The position numbers and the translations under genes are program-made. The notes under the pieces were generated by a model. That model saw only the letters and a list, made by a program, of their open reading frames with translations. It searched no databases and was not told the origin of the DNA. A stretch of DNA of 64,000 nt from contig JAWMAR010000155.1 of NCBI GenBank assembly GCA_036785375.1, forward strand, positions 1,178,001 to 1,242,000, in the 5' to 3' direction. Shown one piece after another: positions 1 through 16,000 of the stretch. The DNA comes from Leucoraja ocellata. Taxonomy: Eukaryota. Positions within the stretch are counted from its first letter, which is position 1. The number at the start of each line of letters is the position of its first letter.

Positions 1-550
1 TTGTATTTATTGAAATCTTTCTAAACATGTACCATAATACAATTAACCAATTCACCTATTGTGCAAAGTATGTTTATATGTTTGATTATAAATCGGTTCT
101 GTCTATTTTAAGGTTAGATATCACTTTTGAAGTTCAACCTGAATTTTCTAAACAAAACATGTTAATTTGGGTATATAATTGCCTTAATTAAACATACACA
201 ACTATTACAGGTTACCAGCGCGCTGAATGCGCCATTAAGAAGTTTTCAGTTATCCAGACGTGCATATCTAAGCATTATATCTACATAGTTGTAGATGGCG
301 ATAAGAAGAAAAAATAAAACATATATTTATTTTCGTTTAATTTTATGTTGAAAATAAAACAGTGCGGGTGTTATTTTTTCGAAAATATGTAAACGAAATC
401 TATTTTGCTTGCAATTGATTTATTGCAATTTATATCATATCTTCAACAAACTGTGCTTCACAGGTCAAATGTAAATGCTAGCTATTTAAAGTTGTGCGGT
501 GGTGTTTCACGGTTGCTCCTCTGCATTATTAATCCTGACGAACGTAGTTA

Positions 551-670
551 AGTGTAAGAAGGAAGTGCAGATGCTGGTTTAAACCGAAGATAGAAAAGCT
601 GGAGTAACTCAGCGGGACAGGCAGCATCTCTGGATAGAAGGAATAGGTGACGTTTCGGTCGAGAAGGTTA
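551..670 (-). mobile_element. Penelope-like terminal-repeat fragment with degenerate hammerhead motif
   Basis: Reverse complement matches the repeat at 57758-57883 and 40729-40824 (tctcgaccgaaacgtcacctattccttctatccagagatgctgcctgtcccgctgagttactccagc). Confidence 0.75.
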
Positions 671-2088
671 CGGTTCCTTTTCAGTGGAATTTTAAAAATA
701 AGGTCGGATCTGGTCTTGGTAGAGCAGCAAGATTATTTATATTTATTACCATATAAATCGAAATTCACGAATATAATAAGTATTATGCCAAATCTGGGCG
801 AGCAAATGTATAGAACCAGTCTAGTTGAACAATACCCATCCTTTATCTGAAAAGCCAAACACTGAAATATCGCTATAATTGTTTGTTAACACTACAAACC
901 GTTCTTTACTGAATGAATATTTTTCCGCTTTGATATTTGTTTTGATTATGTACGTAATCATTGATGTATTCAAAGTAAGGATTATAAACTTAAGGTTAAT
1001 AAAAGTTATGGCGCCTTCTATTGTGAGTGTGATATCTTCCAAAGAAGAACGAGTGCTGGATTGTTCAATATTTTTGAGACATGCCTCTTTTTATGCTTAT
1101 AATATAAATAAGTCACATGAATAACGTTTAAAATAGTTCCTGAAGTAAAGGCGTTATTTGTGCTTTTGGAATGACAGGAAAATAGAATGACAAAGGATTT
1201 TGAAATGTTTATTGCCTGTGTGGGAGAGTAAATAGATTTTAACTATCACTTGGATTCTACGGAGACTCAATTCAGTCTTACTTGTTGGTTTAACAGTGCC
1301 TTGCTTTGTCTTTATTCGCCATTACGCCTTTACACCTAGTGTTTAGGAACCATATTCACCACATAATATCTGACGTTACTACGGTTTATTGTGAATTGGA
1401 TAAATCAACATATGGTCCACAGCTTCAAAGGTTGACCGAAGCTGTATGATTTTAATAAGTCATGTGGGTGACATTGAAGACGTCAGATTGTCTACCAGGG
1501 GTGATTGCTTCGGACAAATATTGTTTCTTGGAGCGAACTTCCGTTATTTCTGCTCCTTATTAGATTCACCATAACCAAGAGTTATTCAGCAGCATTATTG
1601 AAATAATGTTGTGGCCAGTGTTTTTTTAACCAAGTTGCGAATATTCCCTTGTCACACATTAAAGAAATATAAATGGCAGGGTGAATGGTGTAGGATCAAA
1701 CGGCGTTCAGCTGATGCGCACTGAACATGATTTTTTGAACCAATAATTTATTCGCTTTGCAATCTGATGTCTTTAGACTAGCATTGAATAATGTGAAATA
1801 GGTTTCGACCATTCCCGACGATGCCATTCTACTATTAACGTTACTTGCATTTTACTGGGCAGCCTTTCCCAGTAAAATTCATTCGAAATCACAGTGGATT
1901 TTTTTTGTTTTACTTTAAACTCGGATATGATTTGTTTATACATCTAGAACTCCATCTTATTTTTTATTATTATTCAAGTTGCCGATTGAAGGCTTAAACT
2001 AAATGCTGTACCACAAGAAGCGGTTAAAATCTTCAACAAGCCTTAAGAAACGCAACGGGTCGCTGGGTGGGGTGGTGGTGGTGTGCGG

Positions 2089-2128
2089 GTGTGTGTGTGT
2101 GTGTGTGTGTGTGGGGGGGGGGGGGGGG
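2089..2128. repeat. (TG)n microsatellite followed by poly-G
   Basis: Directly visible. Confidence 0.95.
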
Positions 2129-5100
2129 TGGATTAAATCTCGGCATTTATTCATAATCGATCACATATCATTTTCACGTAATATGTATAATGTCTATGAA
2201 TGGAGTTTGTCTCTTCTCTCATAACACATTATGCTTTACATAAGTGTATTGGATCAGATATTTGCGGTGATTGTGTTCTAGTCGATCTGTTGCTGAAATT
2301 CAGTTTTGATGATCAATTCTGACGTCAAGTTCCATGTCTAATAAATATCACAAAGAATAAGGTATCGTGTTTTTGATTTCTGTGCAAAATCGATACTTGA
2401 ATAGCAAAATGACTACTTGCACGGGAAAAATATGGGGCACAAATGTTTGACGTGATTAATTTTTACATTGTTTTGTATTCTGGTCGTCTTGTTGTTTAGG
2501 ATACTAGTCCTTATACATGCATTGCTTTGTTGTCACGACTTATCAGTGAATGGACGTTAATTAATGCTCTCCAGAAGCTTGGATTGGGTAGATGATAGGA
2601 AGCAACAGGGGATGAATCCCTCCAAAATGGTTTGTCAACGATGAGAAAGAAAAGCCAGTGTCAATAAAAGAACCACTAATGATGGCCACACGTCTCTCAC
2701 CATGTTGTCTAACGTGCCTTTCCATCTCTTGTTGACTATAGTCAAGTGTAATAACTGCATATCCTCAGTCAAGCATTATAGCCTTTCACCGTGTGGATTA
2801 ATTAGTAAGTGTTGTCACCTCTTCACTTTTTGTGACCACCATTTTGGACAAATATCGAAGGAAGCAAGTACGTGGACATAGGGTGAATGTGGGATTGAAT
2901 TTCGATTTTCGCTGTTCCTATCACTTAGAAATCCACTTGGTTCTTAAAGGTTCTTAAATTAGAAACGACAGAAAAATTGTTAAGTCACCGGAAAAAATGC
3001 TTGCTCATTTCACCATCAACCATAGCGCAAATGAGAGCGCATGCGTATGCTTTTAAACTATATTGTATTTTAACCAATAAATAGGCCGAACTGGGTTTTA
3101 TGTGCAGAAAAGGGGAGAATCCTTCCCAATAAAATCAGTTTGCTTGTAGCTCGTAATGACACATGCATATTTTAACCATTTTTGTTTACCAAAACAGAGA
3201 TATTCGACTGAAATAAATCCAGCTCTAACCAAATTAACTTGGCTGAAACCTTGCATCCATTTTGGTAATTTGCCATCTATTTCACCATCGCGTGACTGAT
3301 TCGAGGAAGCACTTCATCCGACGTAATATCACATACCGCAGAAACAATTCAAGTTAAATCATGTAATCTTGCAATATTTTAACAGAGAACCGCAACATTT
3401 TGACACGTACAATTTACACAGAGATAACATAACATGATGTAATGCTTATTTTTTATCTATTAGTTACCAGGGAAAATATGACCCCGAGTCATTTAAGATC
3501 CACGCTAAGGGGTTTGCAGTAAGCATGCGCTGTTTGAGCAACAACTGAAAGAAAATTTGACCACTGAAGAACACAGCAATTTACAATGAGGGTGGGTGGC
3601 TATTGATTTCAACAAATATCTCGCACTCCGGCAGCAATTCGAGGTGATTTTCTGTATCCATTATGATATGGCACTAAGAAACATAATATACTTAATGCAA
3701 TTCCCAATAATTCCATCGAAATGTATTTCCAACAATTCATTTACCTGCGATCCAGGTCTAAATTTCAGGTCCCTGAATGTCCATGCAAAATAAGAAAGTT
3801 TTTCGTGGACTTGGGACGGGATTATGCTGGGCGAAATCTCGAAATCATGGTAATAAATTCATTAGAAGATTGCTTCCCTACAGATTGCAACGTGCCTGTC
3901 ATGTTGAGAAGCAGCTATTTGCTAACCGAATAGCCTGCTAACTTATTTCATTGTCAATTTACTCAAATTTGGAAGCGATCGATTTGTGACACGATGCTAT
4001 AATAATCTCATCCGAAAGAATTCCTGATTAAAAGTTAATACCTATTGTTTCCGTGTGCCTAACTTAGCGTGGACTTTAACATAAAAACTAACAGGACGGA
4101 ATTGTGGCCAGTTTTAAAGGCGACAAGGATAGAGCTATGAATAGTTTAATTAAAACTAGCTTATATTGTTAAACACGGTTTGGTGAAAAAAATCTGCTGA
4201 AAGAATCTGTTTCAGGTTGAATGCTTTTTAACAGATTCCTTTTTTAGTGGTGTCAGGCGCAATGTAATGCTTAGGACTTATTGTATAGTGCCCATTTTCC
4301 GTGTTCTCAGAAAACCCCCCCTACATAATCAAAAAGTGAACAGCAAACAAAAGATGTAGGCATTACAAGCGATTGAAGAGAGTGGGGAAAGTGCATGTTT
4401 TTAGTCAGGAGAACTCGGCCCTAAATCCGCTCAGGGATAGTACACAACAAGAAAAATCCACATTTATCGTGTTTTAATTATGTTAGATGCGATATGACTG
4501 TTTAACAATTGTAATTTAAAAGGCCATCATGTAATAAGCAATTCTGTTGTACATTCAATGCAGCCCATATTATTATGCTTATGTTTTACGTTTACTTTTT
4601 AGGTGAACACTTTGTTCAATGAAGTTTGCCCCATCTTTGATTTAAAGCTAGATACAAGACCCCAAAGGCAATGCTGTTCAAGACTATTTCGCTAATAGAA
4701 TGTGGGAGGCAAATTAAATGAAACGTGGAGGGGGAATATAAAATGGTCTTTGAGTAATAGAGATCACTGCGACTAAACCTCACTACAATACTGTAGAAAA
4801 TCGCATTGAACAAAATGGCGACCGTGTAGTAGTTTGAAATGTAAAGACCGAGAGTTAATGTTTCTCCACACTGATATTGCATCACCACCAGAACATGAAT
4901 TTGGTCGTTATTAATGCAGAGAACATTCATGTAATGAATGTATACATTTAGGAAAAATCTTTGGCAAATGTCCGACTCTTCACTCAAAGATTGTGACCTT
5001 TTAAGCCACAGCACTCTTTCGAGAGCAATTATTTTTTATCAGTTGAATACATTTGAACTTTCAAGAATGGACTAGCATTTTTTAATACAGAATTTGAACA

Positions 5101-5543
5101 GGTATAGCATCCTTACATCGGCGCACAATTGGCCTGTAGTCTAAAATGTATCAACAATTCCAACACTGTCCGGTCTGTACACGTCCTTCTATCTTTTATC
5201 TCTTTAGGAACGGTTCAGAACTAACGGACAGAAAACGCTTGACAGAGAGGAGAACAAATCGCTGACAAAGAACGCTTTCCGTTTCATCAGCGTCGTTAAG
5301 ACGACGAGGAAGAATCTCTTAGATAATAACTCCCACTTCAAAGAATTTTGCCCTGAATAGAGAATGTACCATCCTTTTTATACAGCCACAAGGGTTTTCA
5401 CTAAAGAGGACTCGACTGTTTGGTTATTTTTCACCGTGTTTATTTTTCGCCATTCACTGGGTACTTGTATAAAATAAACAACAAGACAATTACTAAAAGA
5501 CGAATTCCCAACTTATCTGCTCACGGGGCCCAGATCGAACCCG

Positions 5544-5743
5544 NNNNNNNNNNNNNNNNNNNNNNNNNNNNNNNNNNNNNNNNNNNNNNNNNNNNNNNNN
5601 NNNNNNNNNNNNNNNNNNNNNNNNNNNNNNNNNNNNNNNNNNNNNNNNNNNNNNNNNNNNNNNNNNNNNNNNNNNNNNNNNNNNNNNNNNNNNNNNNNNN
5701 NNNNNNNNNNNNNNNNNNNNNNNNNNNNNNNNNNNNNNNNNNN
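5544..5743. other. Run of Ns (gap or masked segment)
   Basis: 200 N. The left flank gatcgaacccg is the reverse complement of a tRNA/SINE B-box-like cgggttcgatc. Confidence 0.95.
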
Positions 5744-6993
5744 ATGGTTTTCGGCGCTAGATCTCTCAAGAAAACGTAATTAAGGAAAAAGAACAATAAC
5801 TTATTTAATAAGCTGTGAAGGAGGTCAGACAGCCTTACACACTGGCGGTGCAACAGAGCAAACTGAGGAAAAGATGATTGGATTATTAATATCTTTTCAC
5901 AGCTGTCCAGACTTTACTGGAATATATAGTAGATTAGGCTTTCTCTAAGGGAGAAACGAATATATTAACCCCATATTATTTATCTTGCATAGCAACCTAG
6001 TCCCCTTACTGTGCAACACGTTATATGCCCATTTGGTAGGCCCCTCACCAGAAAACGTGAAGAGAAAACGGCCAGGCTGCTGTAACTGCTAATGACAATC
6101 CTTATACTCCTGGTCTTTGTGTGTACATGTTTGAAGAATAGAGAGAGAAAAACAAAGGTCCTTATTTCAATTACTATCGCAGTTTGGGTTTATGTAACAA
6201 AGTTTATTTTGTAGTTCATTGGATTCCCGAAGGATTATAATTTTTGTCAAATATAGATTTTGATTCATCAAATGTGTCACAGGGGGACATTTGCACTAAA
6301 CTGATACGGAATTAATTTGTGCATGGTGGCGATTAATCAATGGTTCCTTGTGCTGATTAAATGTTTTCAGCAATACTATAATCACGAAGAATTTATACAT
6401 CTGTATGTCTCTGGTTTATTACTACCCTTCTGTTTATCGGCAATCATTTGTATAATTGGCATCTACGTGGATTTCGATTTCCAATCCCAAGTGCAGCAAA
6501 CAGTCGGTTTTAATCTTATTTTACAAAATTTATTAATTTTCCAAGACGCATTTATTGGTGAGTTATTTGACAATACATTAAGAAACTCTGCACAGTTCAT
6601 TCGTACATTGGCAAAATACAAAGTGGTTTCAGTACACATTCCAACGACTTCTGCTTAAATAGTAGCATTTCACCGTAACAATACCTCGGCCATACAACTT
6701 CTTCACCAACTATGTTTAGGGTTCCACAAATAGGAAAATGTGCGTCGCCGATGTTACTTATTTTCGACGGAAAATGCGCTTTGAATAACGTGTTTGTGGC
6801 GTAAAACGATGTATTAAGAAATGTGCTGCTCCTGACAAAAAAAAATGACCAGGTCAACGAGTTGGAGCTGTTCTTTAAATGTGGTTAATCATATATGTCA
6901 CAGATAGGACAGAACCAATGCTTTACTATACATATTAACAACAAATATGTAAATAGCTAAAATGTCTTTAAACCGTATTCATATCATTATCAA

Positions 6994-6999
6994 TTTATT
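6994..6999 (-). terminator. Candidate Zic4 polyadenylation signal AATAAA
   Basis: tttatt on the + strand ~940 bp past the Zic4 stop. Other candidates at 7192-7197, 7309-7314 and 7510-7515, so the used site is not determinable. Confidence 0.3.
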
Positions 7000-7932
7000 A
7001 CAAACCAGTACTCATGTATATCAAAATAGGATCAAAATACAGAAAGAAAATTATCCTACCTAGTCAAAACCGCCATTTATAAATCACTATAATTTACAGA
7101 ACACACGCTAATGATTTAAAATAATCTACGAAAAAAATTTACACTAACTGCCCTGTAATAAAACACTTTGGTTCACTTATACAAAATGTGTTTTATTGTA
7201 ACATTTTAAATAAATTATGTCAAGAAAAACAAAACAGGAAAACATGAACGAATTACTTAACAAAGACGGACGGTGCATATCAATACCAATATTTATATGA
7301 TTTACAAGTTTATTCTGTAAAACCTCCAATACGAAGCTTTTTTTGTGAAATGCTGAAAGCCAAGGAAGGCTTTTAACCAGACAGTATCCATCTTGTTTCG
7401 GCCTATAAAGGCTTCTGTACGTTACTATTCACATCAGGTGCATCTTCTAACGCTCTCCTGTCGTTCAAATGGCTATGTAATATATTCCCTCAACAAAACG
7501 ATATATTGGTTTATTTTCTCCAAAAAACAGGAAATAACCAAAGAAAAATCAAAAGTAGTTGGCCTTATATGCAAAATGTTATGGAAAATAATTCTACACG
7601 GTAATGGGGTGGGAGAGGGGTAAGGTGGGGGCTCTTGCGATCGGAAAGGTTTTGTAGTTGAAGGTGCATTACTCCTGACCATTGACTTCAATTTATGTAA
7701 GATTTCATTCAGGATACTTCCTCTTTAATACACGTCTGTATCATTTTGTGCATGCCAGTGCATTACATAATTTTCACATTACCTACAACCTAGGCGCTGG
7801 GCCTCCAGAAATTCATGTATTTCAAGTCAAATGTTGCAGTAAGTTTGGGATTGCAAACATCTAATTAACACATATTTAGTTAAGAGTTCTTATAGTGAAG
7901 GTATGTCCAGATAGTTTGCGTTCCGCGTTAGA

Positions 7933-8440
<508 letters not shown>

Positions 8441-11359
8441 TTATCTTCCACTATTAAAAGTACACATTAGTCACTAACCCGTGTTTTAATAAATAATGAA
8501 ATAACCACTTGAGGAATTATAGTTCTATGTTGCGGCCACTGTCTTTTAGATTACAATATACGTTATTCTAGCTGGTATCCATCATTCAGCCACGCTCTTG
8601 TGGTTTGCAGTAAAGTCCTGGCGGACCAAAAGCGGAAAATAGCAAAAAAAATCATATTGATAATTAACTTAATTTAAAAATTAACTTCATTAAATCTAAG
8701 CTTAACACAATGAACGACATCAGCAGTCAATATAAAACAGTGCAGCTACAGTGAAAAGCTACGTGCTTTGCAACTGAGTTCTTCTCCCCGAACTCTCAAA
8801 ATGTCGATTTAATATTGCACCGTAATTAGCCAAACGTTCAGAAAGCCGTTAGAATAATTTGACCTTCACTTGCTAGGTTGAGACGGCCAATCAACGATAT
8901 TAGTGTAGTACAAGCTAGTAGTAAGTTAGTGGGCCCATGGGGAAGCCCAGACGCATAAACACTGTTATTGTGCCGTGTCTGGAGCGTCCGACACTACGAG
9001 CATGAAGTCTGCTCTGACAATTCCCGGGAGCTCTAAACTCCTCCTGGCTACACATTTCTCCTTCTTTACTATTAATGCTGTGTATAAAAGAATGAGTAAT
9101 GTAAGATTAACTGCGACCAATCCTTGTTAACTGTCATTTCACCAGCTAGCTTAACCCTGGCTGAAATATTTAAAAAAATAGTCTCAATAGCCTTCCTCAA
9201 CTTTGCATCAGATAACTTAGGGAAAGATGGCTACCTGGTGATAAACTCCACAAGCTGTTTGCACATTCTAATAAATTATTTTAATATCTACGTTTAATTC
9301 CGGGTTTAAACCTTAAGTGGTAATATTTTATAAGTGAGGTGACAGAACTACTGAAGCCTTTGTTTACCCAGAGGCGATCTTTTCATGCTTGTTGAAATAA
9401 ATAATGTAAAAGGGACGGGATTTCAATTCAATAAAACCTGCCTATAAAGGACTGAAGCCAATCAAACTACATGAATATTTTACAAGATAATTACTTTGTT
9501 AATAGAATTAGTATACTTGCTATTTTTTATTTAAGAATTTAGCAACATTAGTATTTTCAATTTAAAACTGAAAGAGAAATGCAATATTTATCATAATTAC
9601 AGTGATTAATTGCAACATATGGAGAACGCTATTTAACTGAAATATGGAAATGTGTGAGCAATCGGCGCTGCAAAACATTCGGCCCTTTCATTGGTTGCTA
9701 TATTATTTTAAATAAATAGATATACGGTGGGTCGAATGGAAAGCACTTGTAAATTAAGTGCTCAGCACTCTAAACCGCTGAGCTGAAGTCGATGAAATGC
9801 TGGGAAAGTTTGTTTAGGCAGGCACAAGACAATGCTATCAAGTGTCAGCTACGCATAGGCAGCGCGCCTGCCCTGCGCCAGCAACGCCGAAAACATTTGC
9901 ATATGTAACATACTCCACCATTTAAAAATATGGGACGGAATAACGCCATGGCCTGATACATTTCTGAAATATGGTCTATGCATTTTCTCCCTCCCTTTTT
10001 CCATAAGCAGTTTTATACAGCGCCATCTGTGCTGGATCGTTTACAATATATAGAGGAAACATTTATTTTGTTCTTAATATGCACCCATGATAATTCATGT
10101 AAACAAAAATGGTCACAAACCACCTCTTGATCCGATATACACTGAAATTGGACTTCGATCGATAGAAAGCTAACCCACATTTCACGATTACGGGGCGAAT
10201 AGACGTTGTAGTGCAGCATACTGCCTCGGGTTAAATTATGTCCATTGATTTCACGGAGAATCCTTCTCTCTTTCACCACTCCAAATATTCGCCTCCCCCA
10301 CCTACCCCCCCCCCCCCCCCCCCCCCCCCTCCTCCGTTTTCGTTCCCTGGCCCTCCCCCATACTTCCCTTCGCAAACTATACTTGGAGTAACCACCGGCC
10401 AACAAAACATGTTCTGCTGCCCTCCGAATAGATAATGGAACTGAAATATGTGCAGCGTCTAAAGAGATAGCCGGTATTGGGTGAGGGTGGGGAGCAGAGG
10501 GTGTGAGGTTTTACGAGTAGCGGGAAGGTGGGAGGGTGAGGGAGGGGAAGGGGGGGGGGGGGGGGGGGGGGATAGATTTCGAGGGGTCTACGTTACCCTT
10601 TAATATTGTGTACCCCAGCAAGGCCGCGCGCAAGCAGAGCTCACTGCGAGGAACGTGCCAGCGACGCGTCAGACCGCTGCTTAAAACCAATTAATAGAAG
10701 CTGTTCTCGAGAGTGTGAAATTTTTACGTGCAGTTTCATTACTTATAGCTTGTCCTGGGAAGTTCAAAAACAGCTTTCAGTAAGCTTCGATTTACTTGCG
10801 GCTAACTAAAACTAGCAGATGTTTTTTGACACAGGTCCAAGTTTCACAAATGGTTCTGCAAAAAGGCATTTTTCGAAAAACTAGGCCTGAACACTTGCTT
10901 TCTTTACTCTTGAGGCTTATAACATGTTTAGCTCTATAAAACATAATCAGTGGAGACGGTAAAACTCGCATAAGTCCCGAACAGATGCAAATATTAAATT
11001 GAACATTACAACATTAAAATGATTAAGTTTGTATTTCTAGATTCTCGCAAAATTAACAGGAAATATACGCATTACTTTATCTTTAAAAAAATCAGCAAAA
11101 GTTCGCATTTAAAGCTACTTTATATCAAAAACAATGTTCACAGATACTTGAGGATGATGCTTTGGCAAAAATAAGCCTGCGCCTGAAAGATAAAAACTTA
11201 GTGTCTTAATTTTTTTTACAGAAATTGATCCTGCGCAGCTTCATAATTTGAACCTATAAGACTAGTTACAGCTAAAACATTATCAATTATTTATTACCCA
11301 CAACATTACGAAATTCTCAGAGCTGCGTCATTTATATATATGCTGGGAAAATTAGGCTA

Positions 11360-12657
<1,298 letters not shown>

Positions 12658-12779
12658 GCTTATAATGCCTGACTGCAGGAAAATAATAAAATAAACTTTT
12701 TTTTTTCAAAAGTTACCGAACTTTGAAAACTCGCCCTTTGCCAACGTGGAAAGCCATTCGGTGTAGAGAGTGCAGACGG

Positions 12780-13030
12780 ATGGCAGCAGCAGGAAGCATT
12801 GAGAAACTGAATTGAAATTCATGAACAGCTTTGTAGCCCGTCGGGCTCCGCGAGCAACACGCCGTCTCATTGGTGAGTTCCCAATGATAGACAGTGCCAG
12901 TTACGGACCCCAGACGGGACACATGCGTATTACACCCGACCGATGTTTGATGGGGTGGCGGGGAGGGGGTGGGGGGCAGGGCAGGGCATTGGTAATGGGT
13001 AAGGGAAGGAGGGGGGGAGTTGAGGGGTGA
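12780..13030 (-). promoter_or_regulatory. Putative Zic4 proximal promoter
   Basis: GC/CpG-rich. CCAAT boxes at 12869-12873 (ATTGG), 12881-12885 and 12988-12992, and a G-run block at 12951-13030, all within 400 bp of the ATG. Confidence 0.55.
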
Positions 13031-16000
13031 ATGGGAACATGGAAAAATCTTTTTGGCTGAAGGGCGTGGGATTTTTCTGCTAGTTTCTTGAAACACACTA
13101 ATTTTATTAGGGAAATCTGTAACCGTTTTCGCCTATTTCTGCTCTTCTAAGGGGAATCAGCTAAGGGAATAACAAAAAAACTGTACATTTTAAAAGTTGA
13201 TCAGAGCGGGAGTTGTTTTTTTGTGAAAATATCATAAATAGCGAATATTTGCCGTTTATTACCTAATTTCTGTGTTTACTTTTGCTAAAATCTGGTCGTT
13301 GCCGGGAGCTTCCGCCAACGATAAATTGGGAAGCATTTAAGATTCTGGTCTATATAAAGTATTCTCAACTATGAAATTAAATTATATGCGCCGATTATTA
13401 ATCTGGGTCTCACTTTATTTTGGAGAGATTAAAAGGACACAGAAAGCAGGGATTCTGCATTGCTGCAGGATTTTTAAAAATAATATGAGGTGTTACAACT
13501 GTGTTTGTTTTACGGACAAATATACAGTTAGACGTGTAGGAAAGTTTACCCGGTGTCTGAGCCAGTCAAATACCAGTATCTGTTTTGCAACATCAAACAC
13601 TGTGTCCCGCTCACCGCTGTACTGAGCCACAGCAGATCCTGTGGTTTATGCAAGAATTTAGTTTTTGCGGGCAAGACGGTTCGGCACTAAACCTTAAAAT
13701 GAGGTTATGGCCTGTTATACTCCGGCCGGATATTAGTTAGTGATTTTTATCTTTCCTGACACTCGCAGACTGCCAGGCGTGTTATGTTTTTTTGACAAAA
13801 TCAGACGGCTGGTGTTCTTAGCGGCACAGACGATCAAAGAGATTCCCAGTCAGAGGCATCTGTTAACTTTTTTTTCTTCCCGAGACTGAGTATGAAACTT
13901 TCTCAGCATGTAATAACTTATTGAGTTCTCTTGCCCGCAGTCCCGGCTTGGTAATTCTGTAAGCTAGAGTCCAGGGAAAGTTTGGCTTTTCGTGGAGGAT
14001 GTTGGATCGGACTTGAAGGTGGGGATGGGGGAGGGGGAGGGGGAATACTTCTATTTTCTTAGGCGTTGTATTTTATTTATTTTTTACCCCGGTCGGTACT
14101 GTTTTTCTACAGATTGGCAAGCGATTTGAATTACTGCCTACTTCACATGGATGCAAACGTGTTTCGTTTTAAAACTAAACGTGTTTCCAATTCCAAAGCT
14201 ACAGCTTGCGAAGGCGATCCCAGACCGTGCTTCGAGAATCTATACACACAGCGTAATCCGCAAATAGGAAACCCGCATCGCTTGTGGTGGAAAAGAAAGT
14301 AAACTGTAGAGTGTTTCGGGAGGCACGCAGAAAGATAACGTGATGATAAATGACTGTGTGCTTGTATCATTGCACGGGCACACGTGAATGAAAGGCTTTT
14401 AAAGCGATCTCCCGTCTTCATATCAACCTTACGATTTCATATTTTTATTCTAATACCCGAACGCAATGCTGCTTACAATCCCTCCCCCAACATACAGTCT
14501 TATGTCTGCATCTGTAACTTGCTTAGTGCAGATCGCCTGTGTACGTCGCCTTGAGTACAGACGTCTGCCATCTAAGTGAAAAGTAGTTTAGACTTTGATT
14601 TTTCAGAGAAGACCAGGGTGACAAAACAGGCTACTAACTCAAACATGTACGTTGTGGCTCCTCAGATTATTCACCAAGGGTACAAAAGGGGAACGGAAAC
14701 CTAGTGCTGCGATATCCGTGGATTTAGGCCGTCGTTCTAAGCTGATCAACGGCAGGGCTTGAAGCCTGCAGCCTTGCACACAGCAGACCTACAGTTCAAG
14801 AGAGAGAGAAAAAAAGGTAGGTTTTCAAAGGGAGGTGGGAGTTATAATGTGGAGAGAAATTTGTGGGGGCGGGGGTGGTGGTGGAAAGAAACAGAAATAC
14901 CAAATTTAAGCTGGGAGAGAGATAAGAAGGAGAAAATGCGTAAGCAACGTTATACGTGTGGGGAATGTATCCAGAGACACAAGAAAGAAAAAAATGGTTA
15001 AAAAGTATGATCAGATGAGAACACGTGGGGGAGGGATATAGGCATGGCGGTGGGGGGAAAGATCACAGTTGTTCAAACATTTCTCTTTAGTCATGGCAAA
15101 TATGTTGAATATAATGAAAGATTTGCACAATTTGTAAACACTAACCTTCAAAACGCAAGGAGGGTCAGGAAGATAATTCAGAAAAAATATGTTATTAACG
15201 CATATTCACTGTCAAACAATAATTTCACATATGGGTATTAAAAGGCTTTGGAATATCTCATGCAATAATACTTGTACTACGGTGTATGCTATATATTTAT
15301 AAACAGCAAATATTTCAATAGTTGACGTTTTTATTTCTGTTAATTCACGTACTATTTGCATCTACCATAGTTTGACCATCAGGTGGAATCACAAAGCGGG
15401 TGAATAATCTATAGATTTTTTGCGTGTTTTTATTTATCATCCAAAGAAAGCTCTGCTGTGCAACAGAGAAGGATGCAGTGTAGATCTGTGAATGCTGACA
15501 CGTTTATATCTTAGCCTCTAGGGCTTCACACTGCTGGCTTAAGATGGGATTTGTACATGTGCGTCTGCATTACCTGATCGAGCCCCCACCTTAGTGTCCG
15601 TTTGCCTGCTGTCTTCCGAGCAATTTTTCAGCAGCAATTGTCAATTCCTAGAAAAGAACAGACTGCTTATGCACGTTTCAATATATAAATGTTTCCGTAA
15701 ACGTAAATATACGAGAAACATACAAGTAAATCATAATGTCGAATAACATGTTCACATGTTGTCACTGTGGATACGTTATTCCACGTATGCATGCACTATT
15801 ACACCTAAAGTATCGAGGGCTGCAAATTTTGCAGTATTGTTTCGTGTCTTTGAAGTTAAAAGCACTAGACAGTAAGAATATTCCATTACGGTAGACTTTC
15901 AAATAAAAAAATAGTCAAAGTGAGATATACACCTCGCTAACGTTGCTAATGCTACATAATAAATTCATTTTAGCCAGATGAAACATTCTGTGCTTTACAT

